The translations under genes and the position numbers were made by a program. 64,000 nucleotides of DNA from the NCBI RefSeq assembly GCF_009914755.1, contig NC_060933.1, one strand, 5' to 3'. The notes below the pieces were generated by a model. It saw only the letters and a list, made by a program, of their open reading frames with translations. It was not told the DNA's origin and did not search any database. The stretch's first letter is position 1, and the number at the start of each line of letters is the position of its first letter. This document shows, one piece after another, positions 53,962-64,000 of the stretch. Origin of the DNA: the human T2T-CHM13v2.0 reference genome, Homo sapiens.

Positions 53962-54852
53962 TCTGAAACATGTCTCAATCAATTTAAAGGTTTATTTTGC
54001 CAAGGTTAAGGGCCATGGCCTGTTACAAAGCTTCAGGAGGTCTTGAGAACATGTGGCCAAGTTGCTTGAGTTATAGTTTGGTTTTATACATTTTAGCAAG
54101 ACAGAAGTTACAGGCAAAGACATAAATCAATATATGTAAGGTATACATGGGTTTGGCTCAGAAAGGCAGGACATCTCAAAGTGGGGGAGGGGAACTGGAG
54201 GGGGTGGTGCAGGGGTTCCAGCTCATAGGTGAATTCAGAGATTTCCTGATTGGCAATTCATTGAAAGAGTTAAGCCCTGCCTGAAGAGTTGAATTCAGCA
54301 TAAAGACATGAGTTTAGATAAGAGGGTTGTGGAAGCCCAGGCGCTTGTTATATAGACGAAGACTCCAGGTAGCAGGCTTCAGAGAGTATAAATGGTGAAT
54401 GTCTCTTATCAGAACTTAAAAGGTGTCAGACTCTCCAGAAAAAATACTTAGTAAGGAAAGGAGATTTTCTACAGAATGCAAATTTCTCCCACAGGAGACA
54501 GCTTTACAGGGCCGTTTCAGAATATGTCAAATAAACATATTTAAGGGTAAAATACTTTGATTTCCTTCAGGGCCTGTTATCTTTCATATGATGCTATACC
54601 AGAGTAAGGTTGGAATTTGGTATCTTATTGCAACTAAGAGTCTGTTTTGTCAGTCTTAACATCTCTGCTTTAATGTTAACACTGTCTAGTTATGTCTAAA
54701 CTCCAAAGGATGGAAAGTATAATGAGGCATGTCTGACCCTTACTTCCTGTCATGGCCTGAACTAGCTTTTCAGGTTTCTTTGGGGTCCCCTTGGCCAAGA
54801 GGTGGATCTATTCAATTGATTGGGGTGCCTAGAACTTTACTTTTGGTTTACA
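53952..54852 (-). mobile_element. MER4-family (MER4D-like) ERV1 solo LTR
   Basis: Ends tgtaaaagtatctgaaacatgtctc and ctagaactttacttttggtttaca are the antisense of the MER4 termini; ~900 bp. Confidence 0.82.
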
Positions 54853-55414
54853 GATTGATGCAAGAACCAGAAAATAGCCACAATTTATTAATATACTCAG
54901 GGCATTCCACTCCCAATAAGAAGGATGAATGACTTGCTCTCTGGATGGGGAATATTTATATCTAAATTCTGATTGTTTGGTTCTGCCTTTTACCCAATTT
55001 GGCATCTTGGATACTACACTGCTGTCAGTGTTAAACATAAAATTTGGTTCCCCTTCCTTCTGGTGCAGATATTATATGCATCTGGTGGAAGATGGTCTTG
55101 TCAATAGACAATTTGGTCTCTTTCACCACCACAGTACCTTTCTGATTCCTATAAGCTCAAGGCTGTCAATGCTATTGACACCACAGACTCAACACAAACT
55201 TACTTAGCACTTACTACATAAAAATCTGAGTTATACAATTTAGCAGAAAAAATTAAGTAAGAGATATAATTAAGCAGAAAAAATCAAGTAAGAGACAATT
55301 CCATGAACACTGATCAAAAAATCTTCAATGAAATATAGCAAGCTGAATGCAGCAGTTAAAAAGATTACACACCATGACAAGTTGGGATTTATTCCTGGAA
55401 TGTAAAGTTGTTTC

Positions 55415-55867
55415 TGTCAGGCCTCTGAGCCCAAGCCAAGCCATCGCATCCCCTGTGACTTGCACGTATATGCCCAGATGGCCTGAAGTAACTGAAGAAT
55501 CACAAAAGAAGTGAATATGCCCTGCCCCACCTTAACTGATGACATTCCACCACAAAAGAAGTGTAAATGGCCGGTCCTTGCCTTAAGCGATGACATTACC
55601 TCGTGAAAGTCCTTTTCCTGGCTCATCCTGGCTCAAAAAGCACCCCCGCTGAGCACCTTGCGACCCCCACTCCTGCCCGCCAGAGAACAAACCCCCTGTG
55701 ACTGTAATTTTCCTTTACCTACCCAAATCCTATAAAACGGCCCCACCCTTATCTCCCCTCGCTGACTCTCTTTTCAGACTCAGCCCGCCTGCACCCAGGT
55801 GAAATAAACAGCCATGTTGCTCACACAAAGCCTGTTTGGTGGTCTCTTCACACGGATGCACATGAAA
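55415..55867 (+). promoter_or_regulatory. 5' LTR7: TATAAAA at 55731-55737, AATAAA at 55803-55808, ACAAAAGA at 55502 and 55552, GCCCCACC at 55524
   Basis: tgtcaggcctctgagcccaagc...catgaaa, 453 bp. Confidence 0.96.
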
Positions 55868-55869
55868 TT

Positions 55870-55887
55870 TGGTGCCGTGACTTGGAT
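55870..55887 (+). other. Primer-binding site complementary to the tRNA-His 3' end
   Basis: tggtgccgtgacttggat; one mismatch to TGGTGCCGTGACTCGGAT. Confidence 0.95.
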
Positions 55888-56010
55888 CGGGGGACCTCCC
55901 TTGGGAGATCAATCCCCTGTACTCCTGTTCTTTGCTCCGTGAGAAAGATCCACCTATGACCTCAGGTCCTCAGACCGACCAGCCCAAGGAACATCTCACC
56001 AATTTTAAAT

Positions 56011-56019
56011 CAGGTAAGC
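56011..56019 (+). promoter_or_regulatory. HERV-H leader major splice donor
   Basis: cag|gtaagc, ~145 nt downstream of the 5' LTR. Confidence 0.8.
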
Positions 56020-56297
56020 GGCCTCTTCTTACTCTCTTCTCCAACCTCTCTCACTGTCCCTCAACCACTTTCTCCTTTCCACTCTTCAATCTCTCCCTTC
56101 TCTTAATTTCAATTCCTTTCATTTTCTGGTAGAGGCAAAGGAGACACGTTTTATCCATGGACCCAAAACTCCGGCGCTGGTCATGGACTGGGAAGGCAGC
56201 CTTCCCTTGGTGTTTAATCATTGCAGGGATGCCTCTCTGATTATACACCCACGTTTCAAGGGTGTCAGACCACGCAGGGACGCCTGCCTTGGTCCTT

Positions 56298-56533
56298 CAC
56301 CCTTAGCAGCAAGTCCCGCTTTTCTGGGGAAGGGGCAAGTACCCCTCAACCCCTTCTCCTTCAAGCTTAGTGGCAAGTCCCGCTTTTCTGGGGCAGGGGC
56401 AAGTACCCCTCAACCCCTTCTCCTTCACCCTTAGCGGCAAGTCCCGCTTTTCTGGGAGAGGGGCAAGTACCCCCAACCCCTTCTCCTTCACCCTTAGTGG
56501 CAAGTCCCGCTTTTCTACGGGGCAAGAACCCCC
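56298..56533. repeat. Tandem repeat, 63-64-bp unit, ~3.7 copies (HERV-H leader)
   Basis: Units start at 56298, 56362, 56426 and 56489. Confidence 0.92.
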
Positions 56534-56955
56534 AATCCCTTATTTCCATGTCCCAACTTCTTATCTCTGTGCCCCAATCCCTTATTTCCATGCCCCAACC
56601 TCTTATCTCTGTGCCCCAATCCCTTATTTCTGCACTCCAACCTCTTATCTCTGCACCCCAATCCCTTATTTCCGCACCCTGACCTCTTATCTCTGTGCCC
56701 CAATCCCTTATTTCTGCACTCCAACCTCTTATCTCTGCACCCCAATCCCTTATTTCCGCACCCTGACCTCTTATCTCTGTGCCCCAATCCCTTATTTCCA
56801 CACCCCGACCTCTTATCTCTGTGTCCCAATCCCTTATTTCCATGCCCCGACCTCATATCTCTGCGCCCCAATCCCTTATTTCCGCGCCCCAACCTCTTAT
56901 ATATCTGCACCCCAATCCCTTATTTCCGCACCCCGACCTCTTATCTCTGTGACCC
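56530..56955. repeat. Minisatellite, 42-bp unit, ~10 copies (HERV-H leader)
   Basis: Unit ccccaatcccttatttccrcrccccracctcttatctctgyr; visible as the 14-aa repeat PIPYFxxPTSYLCx. Confidence 0.95.
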
Positions 56956-57050
56956 AACCCCTCTTCCCACTTTTCTGGAAGGTAAGAACCCCCGAACTCC
57001 TTCCCTTTGTTTCTCTACTCTCTCTTTTCTCTAGGATTGCTTCCTTCACT

Positions 57051-58268
57051 GTGGGCAACCTTCCACCCTCCATTCCTCCATCTACTCCCTTGGCCTGTGT
57101 TCTCAAAAACTTAAAACCTCTTCAACTCACACCTGACCTAAAACCTAAATGCCTTATTTTCTTCTGCAATGCCGCTTGACCCCAATACAAACTCGACAGT
57201 AGTTCCAAATAGCCAGAAAATGGCACTTTGAATTTTTCCATCCTGCAAAATCTAAATAATCTTGTCGTAAAATAGGCAAATGGTCTGAGGTGCCTGACAT
57301 CCAGGCATTCTTTTACACATCAGTCCCTTCCTAGTCTCTGTGCCCAGTGCAACTCATCCCAAATCTTCCTTCTTTCCCTCCCACCTGTCCCCTCAGTACC
57401 AACCCCAAGCGTCACTGAGTCTTTCTAATCTTCCTTTCCTACAGACCCATCTGACCTCTCCCTTCCTCCCCAGGCTGCTCCTCGCCAGGCCGAGCTAGGT
57501 CCCAATTCTTCCTCAGCCTCTGCTCCTCCACCCTATAATCTTTTTATCACCTCCCCTCCTCACACCTGGTCCGGCTTACAGTTTCGTTCGGTGACTAGAC
57601 CTCCCCCACCTGCCCAGCAATTTACTCTTAAAAAGGTGGCTGGAGCCAAAGGCATACTCAAGGTTAATGCTCCTTTTTCTTTATCCCAAATCAGAAGCGT
57701 TTAGGCTCTTTTTCATCAAATATAAAAACCCAGCCCAGTTCATGGCTCATTTGGCAGCAACCCTGAGACAATTTACAACCCTAGACCCTAAAAGGTCAAA
57801 AGGCCATCTTATTCTCAAAATACATTTTATTACCCAATCTGCTTCCGACATTAAACTCCAAAAATTGGAATCTGGCCCTCAAACCCCACAACAGGACTTA
57901 ATTAACCTCACCTTCAAGGTGTACAATAACAGAAAAAAGTTGCAATTCCTTGCCTCCACTGTGAGACAAACCCCAGCCACATCTCCAGCACACAAGAACT
58001 TCCAAACGCCTGAACCGCAGCAGCCAGGAGTTCCTCCAGAACCTCCTCCCACAGGAGCTTGCTACACGTGCTGGAAATCTGGCCACTGGGCCAAGGAATG
58101 CCCGCAGCCCAGGATTCCTCCTAAGCCATGTCCCATCTATGTGGGACCCCACTGAAAATCGGCTGTTCAACTCACCTGGCAGCCACTCCCAGAGCCCCTG
58201 GAACTCTGGCCCAAGGCTCTCTGACTGACTCCTTCCCAGATCTTCTCGGCTTAGCGGCTGAAGACTGA
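57051..58268 (+). pseudogene. gag: HERV-H gag remnant
   Basis: GNLPPSIPP...LIFFCNAA*PQYKLD; CCHC knuckle CYTCWKSGHWAKEC at 58060-58101; stops and frameshifts. Confidence 0.9.
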
Positions 58269-60500
58269 CACTGCCCGATCGCCTCGGAAGCCCCCTAAAC
58301 CATCACGGATGCCGAGCTTTGGGTAACTCTCACAGTGGAAGGTAAGCCCGTCCCCTTCTTAATCAATACAGAGGCTACCCACTCCACATTAACTTCTTTT
58401 CAAGGGCCTGTTTCCCTTGCCTCCATAACTGTTGTGGGTATTGACGGCCAGGCTTCTAAACCTCTTAAAACTCCCCAACTCTGGTGCCAACTTAGACAAT
58501 ACTCCTTTAAGCACTCCTTTTTAGTTATCCCCACCTGCCCAGTTCCCTTATTAGGCCGAGACACTTTAACTAAATTATCTGCTTCCCTGACTATTCCTCG
58601 ACTACAGCCACATCTCATTGCCGCCCTTCTCCCCAACCCAAAGCGTCCTTCACATCTTCCTCTCATATCCCCCCACCTTAACCCACAAGTATGGGACATC
58701 TCTATTCCTTCCCTGGCAACCGATCATATGCCCATTACCATCCCATTCAAACCTAATCACCCTTACCCCACTCAACACCAATATCCCATCGTGCAGCACT
58801 CTTTAAAAAGATTAAAGCCTGTTATCACTTGCCTGCTACAGCATAGGCTTCTAAAACCTATAACTCTCCTTACCATTCCCCTATTTTACCTGTCCTAAAA
58901 CCAGACAAGGCTTACAAGTTAGTTCAGAATCTGCGCCTTATCAACCAAATTGTTTTGCCTATCCACCCCGTGGTGCCAAACCCATATACTCTCCTATCCT
59001 CAATACCTCCCTCTACTAACCATTATTCTGTTCTGGATCTCAAACATGCTTTCTTTACTATTCCTTTGCACCCTTCATCCCAGCCTCTATTTGCCTTCAC
59101 TTAGACTGACCCTGACACCCATTAGGCTCAGCAAATTACCTGGGCTGTACTGCCGCAAGGCTTCACAGATAGCCCCCATTACTTCAGTCAAGCCCAAATT
59201 TCATCCTCATCTGTTACCTATCTCGGAATAATTCTCATAAAAACACATGTGCCCTCCCTGCTGATCGTGTCCGATTAATCTCCCAAACCTCAATCCCTCA
59301 CAAAAGAACAACTCCTTTCCTTCCTAGGCATGGTTAGTGCAGTCAGAATTCTTACACAAGAGCCAGGACCACACCGTGTAGCCTTTCTGTCCAAACAACT
59401 TGACCTTACTGTTTTAGTCTAGCCCTTATGTCTGTGTGCAGCAGCTGCCGCTGCTTTAATACTGTTAGAGGCCCTAAAAATCACAAACTATGCTCAACTC
59501 ACTCTCTACATTTCTCATAACTTCCAAAATCTATTTTCTTCCTCATACCTGACGCATATACTTTCTGCTCCCCGGCTCCTTCAGCTGTACTCACTCTTTA
59601 AGTCCCACAATTACCATCATTCCTGGCCCAGACTTCAATCTGGCCTCCCACATTATTCCTGATACCACACCTGACCCCCATGACTGTATCTCTCTGATCC
59701 ACCTGATATTCACCCCATTTCCCCATATTTCCTTCTTTCCTGTTCCTCACCCTGATCATGCTTGGTTTATTGATGGCAGTTCCACCAGGCCTAATCGCCA
59801 CACACCAGCAAAGGCAGGCTAAGCGATAGTACAAGCCACTAGCCCGCCTCTCAGAACCTCTCATTTCCTTTCCATCGTGGAAATCTATCCTCAAGGAAAT
59901 AACTTCTCAATGTTCCATCCGCTATTCTACTACTCCTCAGGGATTATTCAGGCCCCCTCCCTTCCCTACACATCAAGCTCGGATTTGCCCCCACCCAGGA
60001 CTGGCAAATTAAATTTACTCAACATGTCCCGAGTCAGGAAACTAAAATACCTCTTAGTCTAAATAGACACTTTCACTGAATAAGTAAAGGCCTTTCCTAC
60101 AGGGTCTGAGAAGGCCACCACAGTCATTTCTTCCCTTCTGTCAGACATAATTCCTCAGTTTAGCCTTCCCACCTCTATACAGTCTGATAACAGACCAGCC
60201 TTTATTAGTCAAATCAGCCAAGCAGTTTTTCAGGCTCTTAGTATTCAGTGAAACCTTTATATCCCTTACGGTCCTCCGTCTTCAAGAAAAGTAGAATGGA
60301 CTAAAGGTCTTTTAAAAACACACCTCACCAAGCTCAGCCACCAACTTAAAAAGGACTGGACAATACTTTTACCACTTTCGCTTCTCAGAATTCAGGCCTG
60401 TCCTCAGAATGCTACAAGGTACAGCCCATTTGAGCTCCTGTATAGACGCTCCTTTTTATTAGGCCCCAGTCTTATTTGACACCAGACCAACTTAGACTGT
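58269..60500 (+). pseudogene. pol: HERV-H pro-pol remnant (protease, RT with catalytic-site deletion, RNase H, integrase)
   Basis: FLINTEATHS (degenerate DTGA); [11 protein letters not shown] and LPQGFTDSP, then a jump at ~59194 that skips YxDD; WFIDGSS; integrase core with stops. Confidence 0.92.
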
Positions 60501-61084
60501 GCCCCAAAAAAACTTGTCATCCCTACTATCTTTTGTCTAGTCATACTCCTATTCACCATTCTCAACTACTCATACATGCCCTGCTCTTGTTTACACTGCC
60601 GGTTTACACTGTTTCTCCAAGCCATCACAGCTGATATCTCCTGGTGCTATCCCCAAACTGCCACTCTAAACTCTTGAAGTAAATAAATAATCTTTGCTGG
60701 CAGGACTATGCTGAATCTCCTTAGGCACTCTCTAATCAGATGTCCTAGGTCCTCCCAACTCTTAGACGTTTTATACCTGTTTTTCTCCTTCTCTTATTCC
60801 ATTTAGTTTTTCAATTCATACAAAACCATATCCAGGCCATCACCAATCATTCTATACGACAAATGTTTCTTCTAACAACCCCACAATATCACCCCTTACC
60901 ACAAGATCTTTCTTCAGCTTAATCTCTCCCACTCTAGGTTCCCACACCACCCCTAATCCCGCTTGAAGCAGCCCTGAGAAACGTCGCCCATTCTCTCTCC
61001 ATATCACCCCCCAAAAATTTTTGCCACCCCAACAATTCAACACTATTTTGTTTTATTTTTCTTATTAATATAAGAAGGCAGGAA

Positions 61085-61537
61085 TGTCAGGCCTCTGAGC
61101 TCAAGCCAAGCCATCGCATCCCCTGTGACTTGCACGTATATGCCCAGATGGCCTGAAGTAACTGAAGAATCACAAAAGAAGTGAATATGCCCTGCCCCAC
61201 CTTAACTGATGACATTCCACCACAAAAGAAGTGTAAATGGCTGGTCCTTGCCTTAAGTGATGACATTACCTTGTGAAAGTCCTTTTCCTGGCTCATCCTG
61301 GCTCAAAAAGCACCCCCGCTGAGCACCTTGCGACCCCCACTCCTGCCCGCCAGAGAACAAACCCCCTGTGACTGTAATTTTCCTTTACCTACCCAAATCC
61401 TATAAAATGGCCCCACCCTTATCTCCCTTTGCCAACTCTCTTTTCGGACTCAGCCCGCCTGCACCCAGGTGAAATAAACAGCCATGTTGCTCACACAAAG
61501 CCTGTTTGGTGGTCTCTTCACACAGACGTGCATGAAA
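61085..61537 (+). promoter_or_regulatory. 3' LTR7, preceded by the polypurine tract aagaaggcaggaa; AATAAA at 61473-61478
   Basis: 453 bp, colinear with the 5' LTR, 14 substitutions by manual count. Confidence 0.96.
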
Positions 61538-62788
61538 GTTTCAACATATGAAAACCAATCAATGTAATATATTACAATAACAGAATGAAGGGGGGAAAAC
61601 GTGATCATCTCAACTGATGCAGAAAAAAATGATCTCACAAAATTTAACACCCTTTCATGATAAAAACACTTGACAAAATAAAGATAGAAAGAAATTACCT
61701 TAACATAATAAAGGCCATGTATGAAAAGCCCATAACTAAGATCATACTCACTGGTGAAGGGTTGAAAGCTTTTCCTTTAAGATCAGGACTAAGACAAAGA
61801 TGCCCACTTTTACCATTTCCATTCAACATGGTATTAGAAGTTCTAGCCAAAGCAATTAGGTAAGAAAAAGAAATGAAAGGCATAGAAATTGGAAAGAAAG
61901 AAGTAAAATTATCTGTTTATGGAAGGATATGATTTTATATACAGAAAACCCTAAAGACTACACCAAAAAAAAAAAAAAATCTGTTACAACTAGTAAATAA
62001 ATTCAGCAACATGGTAAGATACAAAGTGAAAACACAAAAATCAGTTGCATTTTTATACTAACAATGAACAATCTCAAAAGGAAATTACAAAAACAACCCC
62101 ATTTACAACAGCATCAAAATGTATAAAATCCTTATAAATTACTTAAGCAAGGAAGGAAAGACTTGTACAGTGAAAACTACAAAACATTGGTGAAAGAAAT
62201 TTAAGAAGACATAAATAAATAAAAACATCTCATTCATGGTTTGGAAGACTTAATATAGTTAAGATGGTAATTTTAAGTCATGTGTATTTTAACACAATTT
62301 ATAAGATTAGGGGAAAAAGAGATACAATTTCTACACAATAACAATCTGAGATAGCAATTTACATATATTCCTTACTGATAAACTCAGTGATGTCCACAAA
62401 AAGTCAGCATTAGGTCTGAAATCAAAATACCTGGGTTCAAATTTTGGCTTACCGGGTGGACTTATACAAGGTTCTAACTTTCCCTAAGCCTCAGTGTAAG
62501 TTTAATTATCCATTAAGTTAGAGTAATAATACCTACTTTCAAAGTTGCTTTACAGATTAAATGAAATAATATGCCAGATTACCTAGACAGCATGTACTAT
62601 AGATGCTCAAGTTTTGTTGAAGAAAAAATTGGAATAATTTCATACCTAAGTATATCACTTTTAAATCAAAGCAATATAACACTTATTATTGGGTATTACT
62701 ATGTAGAGAGTTATCAGAAGGAAAAACTTCAGTCTAATGGAAAAATAGGCTCAGAAGAGCAACAGTATATATGTATTTAATTTATATA

Positions 62789-63834
62789 CAGTTGACCCTT
62801 AAGCAACAAAGGGGTTAGAGGATCTTCGTACAGTCTAAAATCCCATATAACTTTTGACTCCTCAACAACTTAACTACTAATAGATTTCTGTTGGCCAAAG
62901 CCTTACTAGTACCATAAGCAGTTCATTAAATCATGTTTTGTTTGTTACATGTATTACATGCTGTATTCTGACAATAAAGTAACCTAGAAAAGAGAAAATG
63001 CAATTAGGAAAATCATAAGGAAGAGAAAAAACATTTGCAATACTGTACTGTATTTATCCATACTGTAAGTTTATGTCATCTGTTTATAAGATGAATCATC
63101 TGTCTGAAATCGTGAGCAACTGCAGCTACAGACCTCAATCTAGAGTACATAACAAACTATTACACTTTTTGTTATAATCCATGACTTTTCTCTGCTTCCT
63201 GCAAGCACTTCCAGCATCACTAGTGGCTCTTAGTGTGGGTCCCACAGTGTTATTTCAGGTTCTCAGTATTGCACTAAACATGGTGAAAAATGCATGAGAA
63301 CCTTGAGAGATCACTTTTTGGTGTAATTCACAATTTACTGAAGAGAGAATCTGCCCTCACAGAGATGATTATTGTCACAAGGTGCTTTAAGTGGATATTC
63401 GTAACATCTGAGCTCACTGCAGTAGTAACAGGAGGCGTCTACAAAATTATTACAGTAGTACAGTATGTGCTACAGTGAATTTTATGCAGCTATGATTTTA
63501 CACTGCATCCTCACATTTGTTTACGTTTCTCTGGACTGTGAATGGTAACATGTACAGTCTGTATGCCTAAGTTTTGATAAATCTTAACTTCTTATTATGG
63601 ATTTGTGTGTATTTTATGGTAGTAAATGATAAAATAAACTAGTGCTACATATATTTTATGCATCATGCCATACCTAATTTTTCTTAACTTTTTTGATATT
63701 TCTAAGCTATGCTGTTTGTAACTTTTTTCAAATTGTCACAAATCTCAAAAAAAATTTCCAATACACTTATTGAAAAAAATTCATATAGAAGTGGATTAGT
63801 GCAGCTAAAACTCTTGTTGCTCAAGGGTCAACTG
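62789..63834. mobile_element. Tigger2b-type DNA transposon, complete non-autonomous copy
   Basis: TIRs cagttgaccctt and aagggtcaactg flanked by TA; 1046 bp. Confidence 0.9.
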
Positions 63835-64000
63835 TATTTTTTTTATTATTTTATATATATTATTTAAAATACATTTATTCATTTTATATATGCATATGTG
63901 TGTATATAATAAATAAGATATGTATATATGAGGTCATCCTAAGGTCTTGAGTGTTATCCCTTTATAGACAAAGGAATCAAAAAAGAATCTCAAGGAAGTC

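Larger units (their letters stand above)
55415..61537 (+). mobile_element. HERV-H provirus (LTR7-HERVH-int-LTR7), defective deleted type, 6123 bp
   Basis: Two LTRs, tRNA-His PBS, gag/pro/pol remnants, polypurine tract, perfect 5-bp TSD gtttc at 55410-55414 and 61538-61542. Confidence 0.98.
55300..62260 (+). mobile_element. L1M ORF2 RT region split by the HERV-H provirus (55300-55414 and 61538-62260)
   Basis: caccatgacaagttgggatttattcctggaatg on the left continues as ttcaacatatgaaaaccaatcaatgtaat on the right; ORF 61657-61863 contains [29 protein letters not shown]. Confidence 0.9.

Noticed and set aside
55237-55296. 31-bp imperfect tandem duplication; similar small ones at ~1076-1125 and ~22043-22089
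   Set aside because: Ordinary slippage events with no motif or structure of note.
56367-56910. Repetitive ORFs (EIRDWG..., GNKGLG...), and a possible CRISPR-like array
   Set aside because: These are translations of a head-to-tail 42-bp minisatellite with no unique spacers, in a eukaryotic retroviral leader.

Overview
Primate (human-like) AT-rich DNA dominated by interspersed repeats, with no protein-coding gene I can recognise. The main elements are: (1) a complete, defective HERV-H provirus at 55415-61537 (+), with two 453-bp LTR7 copies, a tRNA-His PBS and a perfect GTTTC target-site duplication, inserted in the RT region of an old L1; (2) a nested LINE-1 stack at about 32.9-42.9 kb, where a near-full-length L1PA15/16/PREC2-type element lacking its RT domain sits inside an older L1M and appears to carry a 3' transduction; (3) eleven Alu-family insertions, several MaLR/ERV solo LTRs, MER/Tigger DNA-transposon fossils, L2, MIR and CR1. 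Nearly all L1s and the provirus are on the + strand, which suggests an intron of a minus-strand gene. Other points of interest are G-to-A hypermutation of the provirus, its LTR7up-like motifs, two local duplications, a triple TTC-N4-GAA cluster and a possible fossil coding exon near 24.4 kb. I found no convincing novel biological system. Repeat subfamily names come from remembered consensus sequences and need RepeatMasker/Dfam confirmation; boundaries of old repeats are approximate.
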